64,000 nt of DNA from assembly GCA_003963245.1 (NCBI GenBank), contig RXJX01000014.1:164894-228893 (forward strand), written 5' to 3'. Positions within the stretch are counted from its first letter, which is position 1; every line of letters starts with the position of its first letter. The notes below the pieces were generated by a model. That model was not told the DNA's origin. It worked only from the letters and a program-made list of their open reading frames with translations, and did not search any database. This DNA comes from Neisseriaceae bacterium (GTDB taxonomy: Bacteria > Pseudomonadota > Gammaproteobacteria > Burkholderiales > UBA11063). Made by a program: the position numbers and the translations under genes. This document shows positions 20,719-32,543 of the stretch, one piece after another.

Positions 20719-21459
20719 TTATTCAGTTACGACCTCAGTTTCAGTTTGCTCAACAACTATTTCCACACGACGATCTGCAGCGGCACACTTAATCAAGCCC
20801 GCATATTTGTTGTTATACTCTTCATGCAGACGCTTAGATTCGGCTGGAGTTGCAGCGTTATCAGCAACCGAAAGGGCGCTGTTAACCTCAGCATTACTCA
20901 CATTATATTTTTTAAAACAACTATCTGAAACTAAAGAATTTTGGTATCCCATACCTGTTGCCGTTATTTTACCACTAGGTATGCCTAAGCTAATTAGAAA
21001 ATCTTTGACATTAGTAGCTCGCTCTGCAGACAACTCCTGGTTTACTTCTTCTGTACCTATTTTATCCGTATGACCAGTTACAATTACTTTAGTCAACGTA
21101 TCCAATGAACCATCACCTTTTGCCACGTTTACAAGCTTAGTTAGCTCCTGTTTACCTGTGCTGGATAAATCTGCTGAAAAGAAATCAAATAAATTAACGC
21201 CAGACTCACTAAAAGTCACCTTTGTCACATATTTATTAACCTTAACTTTAGGTGCTTCATCGCATTGATTCAACCCATATGTAGGTTGCCAATAAGCATT
21301 ATGCAAACATTGTCCATATGCAGTCTTTACAACACTACTCCCTGAAGCTGGAGTATAAACATAACCTGGAATTTCTCCTGAATCATCCGCAAAAACGAAT
21401 CCCACAGCACTCACAAGCACAGCCATCATAAATGAATTAAACTTTGTCATAATATCCAC
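20719..21459 (-). CDS. OmpA/RmpM-family peptidoglycan-binding outer-membrane protein
   Basis: Signal peptide; VTGHTDKIG, NQELSAERA, GMG and DRRVEI motifs. Confidence 0.9.
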   Translation of the reverse strand: MDIMTKFNSFMMAVLVSAVGFVFADDSGEIPGYVYTPASGSSVVKTAYGQCLHNAYWQPTYGLNQCDEAPKVKVNKYVTKVTFSESGVNLFDFFSADLSSTGKQELTKLVNVAKGDGSLDTLTKVIVTGHTDKIGTEEVNQELSAERATNVKDFLISLGIPSGKITATGMGYQNSLVSDSCFKKYNVSNAEVNSALSVADNAATPAESKRLHEEYNNKYAGLIKCAAADRRVEIVVEQTETEVVTE

Positions 21460-21519
21460 CTAAAATTAATCAAAATTACTCGCAATATTATACACAACGG
21501 CTCTATTATCTCGCAATCC

Positions 21520-22191
21520 TTATTTGGTAAATATGCCTAATAACCAGTTGCGGATTACAACAATCTCTTCATAACAAACACTATGTTCCATCGGATATTC
21601 ATGCCAATCGTATTTCAAGCCAAGCTGCTGCAAATGCTTTGTTGCTAAACCTGCCATGGCGATATTTACGACTGGATCATGAGTACCATGACAAATCAAG
21701 ATTTGCAAATTTAACTTATGTTGTATTTTAGCTACGTCAATCAATGAAACATCTGGCAAATAACTCGATAACACCATTAACCCACCCAGATTATAATCAC
21801 TAACTAACGCAGTATAGTAACTGATTACACCACCTTGCGAGAATCCAGCAATAATAATCTGCTCACTATTAAAACCTTCGGCAATTAGTTCATCAATCAA
21901 AGTAGCAATTTGCTCGACGCTTGTGATAATACCTTTACTATCAACTTCACGGTGCAAGTCGCTAAAATCCAAAATATCATACCATGCACGCATTTTGTAG
22001 CCATTGTTAATCGTAACAGGAATCACTGGTGCATTAGGAAATACAAATTTCAATCCAATTGGCAATTGAAGTTCATTAACCACAGGTACAAAATCGTTAT
22101 AATCGGCACCAAGTCCATGCAACCAAATTACTGCACCAACAGGTTTCTCATTTGGCTTATTTAGTACAATTTTAGTTTCAAGCTTATTCAT
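21520..22191 (-). CDS. Carboxylesterase/phospholipase (alpha/beta hydrolase, YpfH/EstB-like)
   Basis: WLHGLGAD, MRAWYDI, GFSQGG, HGTHD and MEHSV motifs. Confidence 0.92.
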   Translation of the reverse strand: MNKLETKIVLNKPNEKPVGAVIWLHGLGADYNDFVPVVNELQLPIGLKFVFPNAPVIPVTINNGYKMRAWYDILDFSDLHREVDSKGIITSVEQIATLIDELIAEGFNSEQIIIAGFSQGGVISYYTALVSDYNLGGLMVLSSYLPDVSLIDVAKIQHKLNLQILICHGTHDPVVNIAMAGLATKHLQQLGLKYDWHEYPMEHSVCYEEIVVIRNWLLGIFTK

Positions 22192-22387
22192 AGTAATTCT
22201 CCGATATAGTTATAAATTTCTATAGCCCCAGATTTTACAGTATTTTGCAGCAACTACGTAAATTTGAAACAAATTAGTCTTTCCCTAAACACACGAACAT
22301 AAAAGCATTTATAATATTGGTGTTATTTTGCTAAAACCACTAATTTTTAAACCCTTACAAACCCAAAACAGACAAAAGGTAACCTAG

Positions 22388-23314
22388 ATGCTGCAATCCC
22401 TTCATCAAATTTTTATGTCATTAGTTCCGGTTTCATTTATTGTCTTTCTGGGGTGGCTGGCTGGTTATAAAAAAATTGTTGATAACCAACACAGCCACAC
22501 CTTAGCAACTTATGTAATGAGCTTTAGCTTCCCTTGCGCTCTTTTTGTACTAACTGCAACAAGCAAGCCCAAAGAGCTTCTTAATGGCGAATTTGTTATG
22601 GCATTCTGGCTTGGCTTAGTTGGAATGTTTATTCTGAGTTTCGCCATTTATAAATTTTTGCTAAAGCGCAATAATAGGGATTGTGCACAAGGAGCATTTG
22701 TGTGCTCATTTCCAGACATGGCATTTATGGGGATTCCTATTTTTTCAGCGTTACTTGGCAAACAAGCGCTACTCTCTATCGCGATTGGTAATATTTGTAC
22801 CAGCTTGATTATAATACCAATAGTCACAATTTTCTTAAGCACAGGAAACAGCAGAGAGAGTATTCAAAAAACCATCCGCAAAGTTATAAGTAAACCGTTA
22901 GTATTCGCACCAATTTTGGGCACAATCTACTCACTACTAAATTTACAACTACCTGAAATAATTAAAAACTCGTTAAATCTAATTGGCAGCACAACTTCTG
23001 GAGTATCATTATTTGCTTTGGGACTAATGATGTCTTGTTTTGCCATACGCTTTAGCAAGCTAGCGCTAATGAATATTGCATTAAAAAATATTGTTCACCC
23101 ACTTTTAATGCTAGCATTGGTAGCTATATTTGGAATTAGTGGCATATTTGCAAAAGAAGCGATTTTATTATGTGCCATGCCAACTGCAACAATGACGGCA
23201 ATGTTTGCACTTAAATATGAAACACTCGCAGAAGAAAGTACCACCAGTGCAATTTTGGGCACTCTCATCTCATTACTTACTTTGACGATTTTCATGATTA
23301 TACTCAAGGTCTAG
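22388..23314 (+). CDS. AEC (auxin efflux carrier) family transporter
   Basis: Multi-TM protein; FPDMAFMGIPI and AMPTA motifs. Confidence 0.85.
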   Translation: MLQSLHQIFMSLVPVSFIVFLGWLAGYKKIVDNQHSHTLATYVMSFSFPCALFVLTATSKPKELLNGEFVMAFWLGLVGMFILSFAIYKFLLKRNNRDCAQGAFVCSFPDMAFMGIPIFSALLGKQALLSIAIGNICTSLIIIPIVTIFLSTGNSRESIQKTIRKVISKPLVFAPILGTIYSLLNLQLPEIIKNSLNLIGSTTSGVSLFALGLMMSCFAIRFSKLALMNIALKNIVHPLLMLALVAIFGISGIFAKEAILLCAMPTATMTAMFALKYETLAEESTTSAILGTLISLLTLTIFMIILKV

Positions 23315-23357
23315 CGTAGATCAATATCCCAAAACAACTCGGATAAACGCAAGCAGT

Positions 23358-23675
23358 TTATGCAATTAATTTCTGCAATGTATCCATAAAAACCTGAGCA
23401 TCGCCCCTCAATAGAACGCGCTTGTTACGAGATTTCTCACCACTGATTAATTCCACGTCACGTCGCGCAATATCAAATAATTTAGCAAAAAAGTCAATTA
23501 CCTCTTGGTTAGCTTTACCATCAACTGGTGGCGAGCTAATTTTAATTTTTAGTCGCTCACCATGACAACCAATAACTTGACTAACTTTCGCACCAGGTTG
23601 TACATAAAGCTCAACAATAAGTTCGTTTGCTGATTTTAATTGAAATTTATCATTTACCACGAATTTTTCTCTCAC
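23358..23675 (-). CDS. yggU: DUF167/YggU family protein
   Basis: VQPGAK, PPVDGKAN and GEKSRNK motifs. Confidence 0.85.
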   Translation of the reverse strand: MREKFVVNDKFQLKSANELIVELYVQPGAKVSQVIGCHGERLKIKISSPPVDGKANQEVIDFFAKLFDIARRDVELISGEKSRNKRVLLRGDAQVFMDTLQKLIA

Positions 23676-23860
23676 TTGTTAAACCAGTAATTTTACCTGA
23701 CTTAGTCTGGATAACTTAAACATTTACCACAACATCATGGAAATCACCTCAAAGTAAACATAGTTTATTTTCAAGCTTCAAATTCAATTCTAGACAGAAC
23801 AAATGGTATAATATATGCTATAATCCCACCGCTTAATAATTTACTATGAAAGGTCATTAA

Positions 23861-25102
23861 ATGCAAAAAATTAAAGTTGCAAACCCAGTCGTCGAACTTG
23901 ATGGCGATGAGATGACGCGAATCATTTGGGCGTTTATTAAACAAAAATTAATTTTACCCTATCTTGATTTGGACATTAAATATTACGATCTAGGTATTGA
24001 GAACCGCGATAAAACTGAAGATAGAGTATCAGTAGAATCTGCAGAAGCAATCAAAAAGTATAATGTGGGTATTAAATGTGCAACTATCACTCCGGATGAG
24101 GCACGTGTAAAAGAATTCAACCTAAAAAAAATGTGGAAATCTCCAAACGGAACTATTCGCAATATTTTGGATGGAACAGTATTCCGTGAACCAATTGTAT
24201 GTAACAATATTCCACGCCTAATCCCTAACTGGACCGCACCGATTGTAATTGGACGCCATGCTCATGCTGACCAATATAAAGCTTATGATTTTGTGACTAA
24301 AGGAAAAGGTAAATTAACCATTACCTTCACACCTGAAAATGGCACACCGGAAGTACATGAAGTGTTTAACTACGAACATGACGGGGTTGCGCTAGGTATG
24401 TACAATACTGACGAATCAATCCGCGGTTTTGCTTATGCCTGCTTTAATATGGCGTTAGACAAAAAATGGCCTTTATACCTTTCAACTAAAAATACTATTT
24501 TGAAAAAATATGACGGTCGCTTTAAAGATATTTTTCAAGAAATTTATGAAAATGAATTTAAAGAAAAATTCATTAAAAACCGGATTACTTATGAACACCG
24601 TCTAATTGACGATATGGTTGCTTCGGCGCTTAAATGGCACGGTAACTTTATCTGGGCATGTAAAAACTATGATGGTGATGTACAATCTGATATCGTTGCG
24701 CAAGGTTTTGGTTCACTAGGTTTAATGACTTCAGTTTTAGTTACACCAGATGGTAAGACTATTGAATCGGAAGCAGCACACGGAACAGTTACACGTCATT
24801 ACCGCTTACACCAACAAGGTAAAAAAACTTCAACAAATCCAATTGCTTCAATCTTTGCATGGACTCGTGGTTTAGAGCATCGTGGTAAATTGGATGGTAA
24901 TAAAGACTTGATAAATTTCTGCCACACTTTGGAAAAAGTATGTGTAGAAACTGTAGAATCAGGCAAAATGACCAAAGATTTAGCGGTTTGTATTCATGGT
25001 GACCAACTAAATGAAAGTCAATACCTAACTACTGAAGACTTCTTAGATGTAATCAGTAAAAACCTTGATAAAAAACTTAAAGGAAAAACATTTAAGCTTT
25101 AA
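23861..25102 (+). CDS. icd: NADP-dependent isocitrate dehydrogenase (eukaryote-like class)
   Basis: [33 protein letters not shown] and [10 protein letters not shown] motifs. Confidence 0.96.
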   Translation: MQKIKVANPVVELDGDEMTRIIWAFIKQKLILPYLDLDIKYYDLGIENRDKTEDRVSVESAEAIKKYNVGIKCATITPDEARVKEFNLKKMWKSPNGTIRNILDGTVFREPIVCNNIPRLIPNWTAPIVIGRHAHADQYKAYDFVTKGKGKLTITFTPENGTPEVHEVFNYEHDGVALGMYNTDESIRGFAYACFNMALDKKWPLYLSTKNTILKKYDGRFKDIFQEIYENEFKEKFIKNRITYEHRLIDDMVASALKWHGNFIWACKNYDGDVQSDIVAQGFGSLGLMTSVLVTPDGKTIESEAAHGTVTRHYRLHQQGKKTSTNPIASIFAWTRGLEHRGKLDGNKDLINFCHTLEKVCVETVESGKMTKDLAVCIHGDQLNESQYLTTEDFLDVISKNLDKKLKGKTFKL

Positions 25103-25161
25103 TTATCCTTTTACATAGCTTATATTTTTATCAAAAATTCTTTTTTTGAGCATAACATTAG

Positions 25162-25198
25162 AAAACCACCGACAACTATATTCGGTGGTTTTTCTTTT
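25162..25198 (+). terminator. Intrinsic terminator after icd
   Basis: AAAACCACCGA ... TCGGTGGTTTT stem followed by TTCTTTT. Confidence 0.75.
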
Positions 25199-25374
25199 AG
25201 AACATGATTCATTATGCTTGATTTGATCAACTAAAATTCACACAACACAATAAAATTCAAATCTTATCGTTATTTATCCGTTTTGGATGAGACAGCAGTT
25301 ATAATGTTATGCTACACTTAGAGACATAATGACTACTATCTCATAGATTAACTATTATAAGGTCTCATCAAATA

Positions 25375-28300
25375 ATGAATTCTTCACTGTCTTTAAAAAG
25401 AAAATTGTTATTACATTTTGTCTCTGGTGCTCTTGCTATTGCCAGCATTACGTCTTGTAGTGGATCTAGTACTACTAGTGATAATGGCGGAGGTTCTCCA
25501 GCAATTGCACCAGCTACGATAACAATAGACAATGCAGGAGTTGTTCCTGTATTCGCAAATAGCTCAACATCAACTGTAGTATATGTACACAACAACAGTA
25601 ATAGTACAGTACGAGGAATAAATTACTCATCTGTAACTACAAACACAGAATTAAGAGAAAACCTAAGTAACAAAATTTTAAGTCTATTTGGTTCAAATAA
25701 AACAAATAATTATTCTTTAAGTACGGTTAGCGGTAATCAATGTTCAACAATTGCCGCTGGTCAATCTTGCCCTTTATCAATAACAACTCCAGTGCTAAGT
25801 GGAGCCATGACTCAAGGATCAATGGAAATAAGAGCCAATTACATTGAAAATAATAAATCAATAATATTTACTCAAGTAATTAATTACGCTCAAGTACAAA
25901 ACAATCTACAAGTATCAGGGGCTAAATTCCAAGCAGGTGTTAGTATCTCAAACTATGGAAATTCGACTGGTTATGGTACAGTTTACTTGTATGGTAGTGG
26001 TCAGAATCAGATTTATAATGTTTCTAGCATAACGACCAATAAACCTGCGGTAACAATTATAAATGGTAATATTAGTAATCATCAGATTCAATCTGGCTTT
26101 GTTCAAGCAGTAGAATTAGCTTCTCCAGCTTCAAGCTCCTCAATTAGCGCAACAATTACAGTTAACTCTAGCACGCTAGATAGTGGCTCTGTAAAAAGCA
26201 GTAAATTATCTATAAGTAAAGGTACTGTTACCGGAAAATCTTTGTTGGAAGCTAGTCAATTTAGTAACAGCGTAGACATAGCTGTTGAACCAATTTCTGC
26301 GGGGGCAATTTTAACTACAGGTTATGTACCCTTAATTAATACCACTAACGGCACATCGGGTAGTATGTTTATTCGCAATGCAGGTAACCAGTCCGCAGCA
26401 ATCAGCACAATTACAGCTGATGCAGGAATCAATAACTTGTCTGGATGTAGCAATACTACATTAGCATCAGGTGAAACTTGTACAGTTACGTTTAATGTAA
26501 CTGAGTCCGGCGGTAACGCAAATATTACGATACCATATAGTGGAGGAAGTGCTGCTAGTGTTATTGGTAATGTTACTTGGTTTAATGGAACAGGTGCAGC
26601 TTTAGTCTCAATGTCCAGTTCAGAAAACCCAATCACATTTGCGGCTACTGAGGTTGGTAGCACAACTATTACGATTACTAATATCGGTGGTTATACTTTA
26701 ACTAACATCAAAATTCCTTCACCAATAGTAGTTAGCGGTAATGCTACCGCTACGCTGGGATCAAACAATTGCGCCGTAATAGAATCGCTACCTATTAATG
26801 GCCATTGTGAATATGTTGTTAATCTAGAAGATAGCAAAACTGATATAGGTAAGCAAATTAATGTTGGCTTTAGTGCAAGCTATGCTGGGGTTGGAGGAAC
26901 TAAGACGTATAGTCGAATTTTACCAGTGAGTTATATTTCAACATCAAATGGAGCGGTTATTACGATTAGCCCAACAAACCCTAATTTGACAATTAGTGGA
27001 AATAGTATTGAATCTACAATACAGGTTTTAACGATTAGTAATAGCGGTAATTTGCCTGCGAATATCTCTACCTCTTTGACAAGTAATCCAGCTTATTTGA
27101 CAGAGAGCTCAACTAGCTGTGGCGCTACGTTAGCAGCGGAGTCTTCCTGTACTAGCACAATCCAGTTCGGTCCTACGTATAGTTCTTCTGGTGCTAGTGG
27201 AGTTAGTTCTTATACAGTGAATTACACAGCAGGTGGTCAAACACCTTCAGGAAGTGTTGTGAGCAACCTTGATTGGACAGTACAAAGTTATTCTCAAAGC
27301 ATCTCATTAGAAAGCTACGCAGCATTTGGACATACCAGTGGAAATGGCGAAACGGAAGAGACTCAATATGAATTTACTGCTCGTGGGCGAGATGTTGTTG
27401 GTAAATCTATTACTTTAAAATATGCAAACACAGGGACCGGAGCTTTAAAAATAACTGGCATTCAAGATACTAACTCTGTCTATACTTGGCAAATTGGTGG
27501 CGATGGAACTAGCTGCTTTGCTGGTACTATACTACAGCCAAATGATACTTGTGAAATTGTTTATACTAATGTTTTTGAATCCAACATATTAGCCTTAGGT
27601 GCTTCAGTTGGAACTACCTATCAAGAAAACTTGATAGTTCCAACACTGATTTATCAGGACAATAACAATTCGAATGTACAGTTCAATAATCAGCCTAATT
27701 TACCATTTGGTGGAATAACAATTTATGCACAGTCTAATCAGGCTACGTTGGCAAATATGGTTACAGTTAATGAGCTAGGCACTGTAAATGAAAGTGTTAC
27801 CGTTAGTCATTTATTGGCAAATGCAGATGATGCTCTAAATGTCACAATCAAGAGCAGAATGGAAAATTACTTTGTTATTCCGCCTACAGTTGGACTGAGT
27901 GAATGTACTTTAGATGCCGTTGATGGTATTCTAACTCAAACGTGTATTATGGGTAAAGATAATTTATCAATGTCTGCGACTTACATGGTTAATCAAACAT
28001 TATTGAATCAAAATACAAACTTGATTCTTAGTACCTTGTTTAGTACTGACTCAGCAAGTCAAATTGTGTCAATGAATCCATTATACACCGTTAATAATCT
28101 GGGATTAGCACCACAATGTAATCCATGTCATATTTTTGTTACTAATGGAATACATAATGGTAATCTGAGTCAGGAGTGTACCGGAGCTGAATGCGCTACA
28201 TCCTCTGAATCTGGAGTACTTGGAGCAGATGCCATTTGTCAAGCTGAAGCAGGGACAAATCATATTGCAGGTACTTTTAAAGCAGTAGTATTAGCAACTA

Positions 28301-28794
28301 CACGCTATCCATGTGATGCTAGTGGTGAATGTGGTGCTTCATATATGAGTGACTGGGTGATTCATGCAAATACAGTTTATGAGAATTTAGCTGGGGATTT
28401 AGTGGCAACTAGCAGTGATCAATATGTATTACCGCAACCAACAGAGTGGCCAAGCTATGCGGATGGAACAGCTATAAATTCTGACCCCATCTTCACAGGC
28501 ATCTCTGTCGGGCGGGTTAACGCAGATAAAACTGATATTGATGCTTGGAGTCCATTTAATATCAATAGTTCAGTTTCTGGTTATTCTTTGCAAAATTGTA
28601 ACAATTGGACATCTGCTGATGTAAGTACTAGCGCAGTGTCCGCAGCTCCTACTTCTTGGTTTGGGACTAATGGTAATGCTTCAAATTGGTATGCGGGTTG
28701 GGGTAATAGTAGTTCTTACTATGCATTTAGCCAATGGTTTAACTCAGCTCAGCCTTGTGCGAACCAGTACGCTCTTATATGTGCGCAACAATAG
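25375..28794 (+). CDS. Large surface lipoprotein with Ig-like repeats and a C-terminal DUF1554/endostatin-like domain
   Basis: Lipobox ITSC; Ser/Thr/Asn-rich beta repeats with C..L..G.SC motifs; C-terminal IFVTNG...GNL...GADAICQ...GTFKAVV. Confidence 0.75.
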   Translation: MNSSLSLKRKLLLHFVSGALAIASITSCSGSSTTSDNGGGSPAIAPATITIDNAGVVPVFANSSTSTVVYVHNNSNSTVRGINYSSVTTNTELRENLSNKILSLFGSNKTNNYSLSTVSGNQCSTIAAGQSCPLSITTPVLSGAMTQGSMEIRANYIENNKSIIFTQVINYAQVQNNLQVSGAKFQAGVSISNYGNSTGYGTVYLYGSGQNQIYNVSSITTNKPAVTIINGNISNHQIQSGFVQAVELASPASSSSISATITVNSSTLDSGSVKSSKLSISKGTVTGKSLLEASQFSNSVDIAVEPISAGAILTTGYVPLINTTNGTSGSMFIRNAGNQSAAISTITADAGINNLSGCSNTTLASGETCTVTFNVTESGGNANITIPYSGGSAASVIGNVTWFNGTGAALVSMSSSENPITFAATEVGSTTITITNIGGYTLTNIKIPSPIVVSGNATATLGSNNCAVIESLPINGHCEYVVNLEDSKTDIGKQINVGFSASYAGVGGTKTYSRILPVSYISTSNGAVITISPTNPNLTISGNSIESTIQVLTISNSGNLPANISTSLTSNPAYLTESSTSCGATLAAESSCTSTIQFGPTYSSSGASGVSSYTVNYTAGGQTPSGSVVSNLDWTVQSYSQSISLESYAAFGHTSGNGETEETQYEFTARGRDVVGKSITLKYANTGTGALKITGIQDTNSVYTWQIGGDGTSCFAGTILQPNDTCEIVYTNVFESNILALGASVGTTYQENLIVPTLIYQDNNNSNVQFNNQPNLPFGGITIYAQSNQATLANMVTVNELGTVNESVTVSHLLANADDALNVTIKSRMENYFVIPPTVGLSECTLDAVDGILTQTCIMGKDNLSMSATYMVNQTLLNQNTNLILSTLFSTDSASQIVSMNPLYTVNNLGLAPQCNPCHIFVTNGIHNGNLSQECTGAECATSSESGVLGADAICQAEAGTNHIAGTFKAVVLATTRYPCDASGECGASYMSDWVIHANTVYENLAGDLVATSSDQYVLPQPTEWPSYADGTAINSDPIFTGISVGRVNADKTDIDAWSPFNINSSVSGYSLQNCNNWTSADVSTSAVSAAPTSWFGTNGNASNWYAGWGNSSSYYAFSQWFNSAQPCANQYALICAQQ

Positions 28795-28809
28795 TAACAT
28801 CATTTATTT

Positions 28810-28842
28810 AAAGACAACAGCTTGGATTGGGCAGTTGTCTTT
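28810..28842 (+). terminator. Hairpin after the first large lipoprotein gene
   Basis: AAAGACAAC ... GTTGTCTTT inverted repeat. Confidence 0.5.
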
Positions 28843-29121
28843 GTGATCTTACCACAAATTAAGATAATTAACTATGATTAGCCCATTTTTTGCTATGAAA
28901 ACTTTTATGTAAATTCAACTTTACTCTTAAGATCACAACAAGCATACTTGGCTATCGCATTAAAAGGAATGGGGATTTTTAATGGTTGTTCTGATGTTCG
29001 CATGATCATGATGCTAATATATAGCCTTACTCTCATTAGCGATTTATCTTAATGTTATTCGGAGAGCTCATTTTACACATGTTATCCAATTTAATGTATT
29101 AACATCAGTTATGAGTAAAGC

Positions 29122-32100
29122 ATGAGAAAACTACTTAAATCTCGATATTTCAACTACAAATGGCTGATGTTTGTTACCTTTATCGCATTATTAACAGCCT
29201 GTGGTGGCTCTACGACAGAAAACAACTCAGGAAGTGACACTTCATTGCAAACTACAGGTGCTGCGATTACTATTGATAATGCTGGTGTAATTCCTGTCTT
29301 TGCTAATCATGTAACTTCGACGATAATTTATGTTCATAATAATACGAGCAGTACGATTAGTGGAATTAATTATAATCTAGATAATGAAGATTCTAATAAT
29401 GCAGGCAGTATCGATGATAGTCAATGTATCGCTATTGCTGCTGGTCAAAGCTGTGCGCTTAAAATTATTACACCCAAATTATCTACACAACAAGCCCAAG
29501 GCTCAATGTCAATTAGAGCTAGCTATAATTTCGCAAATAAACCCAATTCATTTAGCCAATTGATCAATTATGCGTTACTTGATCCAAAATCAGAACAAAT
29601 TGGCGATGGTGTGAAATTCAAATCTGGAGCAAGCATCTCTGCTTATGGTAATAAAAGTGGATACGCGATGCTTTATCTATATGCTAGCGGAAGTAACCAA
29701 AACTATATCATTTCTGACATTACTATAAATAAACCTTCTTTAAGACTAGATAAGAACTATAATCAATCTACACTTGCAGCTAATACCGTGCAAGCAATTG
29801 AAGTCAGTTCCCCAATAACGCCTTTATCAATTGATGCGACTGTAACCATCAAATCAAGTTTAATTACCTCTGCTAACGTGACGACAAATAATGTAAATTT
29901 AACTAATTCCGATCAGAAAAATTCAGATTCCCAAAAATCATTATCTAATATTCAGTTTAGCAACAGCACTCATTTGGCAGTTCAGCCAGTCTCTGCAGGT
30001 GCTATACTAACCACTGGAATAGTTCCTTTAATCAATACAGTGAATGGAACTAATGCAAGCATGTTAATTCAAAATGCTGGTAATCACAATGCTGTAATCG
30101 GTAGTATTAGCGCTGAAACTGGCATTAGCAGCTTATCCGGATGTAGTAATACAACTTTAGCTTCTGGCGATGTATGCACAATTAATTTTAGTGTGACAGA
30201 AACTGGTGGAAGCGCTAATATTAATATTCCATACACAGGAGGAAGCAGCAATAGTATAACGGGCAATGTAACATGGTTTAATGGTGCTGGAGCCGCCTTA
30301 GTTTCTATCGCTGCTATGAATAACCCTCTATCTTTTTCAGCTACTCTTGGTGCAACAACGCAAGTTACTATTACTAATATCGGTGGTTATACCCTAAGTA
30401 ACATAACTATATCTACCCCTAGAGTTTTAGGAGGACAAGCCACCGCAGTAATAGTAACTACGCAAGGATCTGACACGTGTACCGGACAAGAATTAGATGT
30501 TGGTGCATCTTGTAGTTACGTTGTTTCGGTAAATGATGATGCTACGGACTTAAATCAGCAAATAAATCTTGGTTTTAACGCTAATTATGCGGGTAGTAAT
30601 GGCACTACTAGCTATAGCAGAGTTATGCCACTAACTTATAACTCAACTGCCTATGGTGCAATTATTACCCTGTCATCACTCTCAAATATGTCTATTAGTG
30701 GTGATAATATTGAGTCAGAAATTCAAAATTTAACCATTAGCAATAATGGTGCGGCCGATGCTACACTTACCAGCATTGGCTTGGTTGATAATCCAGCCTA
30801 TTTACTTGCGAATAACGGTGACTGTGGGGCTTCACTAGCAGCAGGTAATAGTTGCACCTTAGCGCTTAAACTAGGTCCAACCTATAATAGTAGTTCAACT
30901 GAGTCCACTGGCACTGCTAATTACCTAGTAAATTATGCTGCAGTTGGACAAACTCCGGCAGGAGTAGAATCAACCAGCGTTGCTTGGAGCGTATCTTCCA
31001 ATATAATTCAACCACCGATCATAAGCATGGTAGCTAGTGTAACTGGCTGTGCAAGCGGTAATGGTATAACAACTACCTGCATGGACAACCCTACCGCCAC
31101 GGGTGGGACAGCAGGAAATATACAAGTAGTGCTAACCTTTAGTAATAGCAGTACAGTCACCGCAGCAAATACAATTAGCTTACCTGAAAGCTCCAGTTCA
31201 CTATTTACTGTACCAGGCTATACCTTAGCAAGTAATTCATGTGCCAATGGCGCAAGCGCTAATAATGGAAGCTGTACCATAGTCTACAATTTACCAAGTA
31301 GTGTTTCTGCATCTGCATTTCAATCCAATCTGAGTCAGGATAATTTTGCCTATGATTATACTTATGGCGCCAGTGGTGAGTTATCTGGTTCAGGTACAAA
31401 TAACTTAGCAACAATGATTAATATAGTTATGCCAACTTTAGCAATCGAATCAATTAATACAATCGCTCAAACTGAATCATATACTGCAATTATTAATTGG
31501 AGCAATTTATATCAAGCGACTACGCCATCCACTGCCACCAGTGCAACTGAAAGTAATGGTAGCGTGGTAACAGGTTTGAGTAGCGCTACACCAGCAACTT
31601 GTAGCTCAGTTGCAAGTAATATTGCAAGCTGTACCGCTCTGATTACGACGACTAACTCCACACCAGTTGCTACCGGTTATTTATTAAAGGCAACAGCAGC
31701 AGGTGGGTTAAGTGCCACACCTGAGTCCTTCAGCATAAATTTCAAACAATGTCATTTTTGTGACCAATGGCACATGGAAGGGAAGTCTCGGTGGTTATTC
31801 AGGAGCAGATGCTAAATGTAATGCTGACGGTAAGAAACCAAAAGGAAGTGCGGCTGGTGCTGGAAAAACCTATAAAGCTCTAGTAAATGGAAATAATGCG
31901 ACAACGTATGGTGTTCGTTATTATCGTACAGATGGTTTAACCTTGATTGCAACTGCAACTGGCGGTAATTTGGTCGGAAGTAGTAGTTTATCGAATGCAA
32001 TTAATTCAGCTTCTCCTAAAAATGCTTGGACTGGTGCTGGTAATAACTGCAGCACTTGGACATCTGAATCTGGCACCTCTATCTCCATAGGTGCGAGCAC

Positions 32101-32179
32101 TGCTAACACTTCAAGCTGGTGGGCAGCGAGCGTATCTAGTTGTAGTGTTTCGAATGCGTTGTATTGTGTGGCACAATAA
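29122..32179 (+). pseudogene. Paralogous large surface lipoprotein with a +1 frameshift just before its DUF1554-like domain
   Basis: Lipobox LTAC; N-terminal ~500 aa clearly paralogous to 25375-28794. Removing one base at about 31735-31743 (ATAAATTTC) fuses ORF 29122-31815 to SNNVIFVTNGTWKGSLGGYSGADAKC (ORF 31760-32179). Confidence 0.8.
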
Positions 32180-32222
32180 ACATACTAACACTCCTAATTT
32201 ATTTGTAATTGAAGCTCAAATT

Positions 32223-32320
32223 AAGGGTGTCTTTAAAAATTTATGAATTTTTAAAGCAGCGCAACAGCCAAATGCATCAAGCAAATTGATGCATTTGGCT
32301 ACATATTTAAGACACTTCTT
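32223..32320. repeat. ~100-bp palindromic intergenic element
   Basis: Outer arms AAGGGTGTCTTTAA/TTAAGACACTTCTT; inner perfect hairpins CTTTAAAAATT-tatg-AATTTTTAAAG (32231-32256) and AGCCAAATGCATCAA-gcaaa-TTGATGCATTTGGCT (32266-32300). Confidence 0.65.
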
Positions 32321-32543
32321 GTGCAAAGCACAATAGTTTTAGCACCTCTCTTGCGGAAGAGTAAATTTAATTCAAAAAAACCAATTCACCATCAGCTGGG
32401 TTATAGTAGAATAATGAAAGAGCCTCTGAAAAACAGAGCAGTTCGCCGACTAATTTGTTGAATAAACCATTTTTACTCAATAAGCTAGCCTGTTAATTAG
32501 TTTTCAATTCTATTAGTTGTAATAATTTTATTGGAGTACGCAG

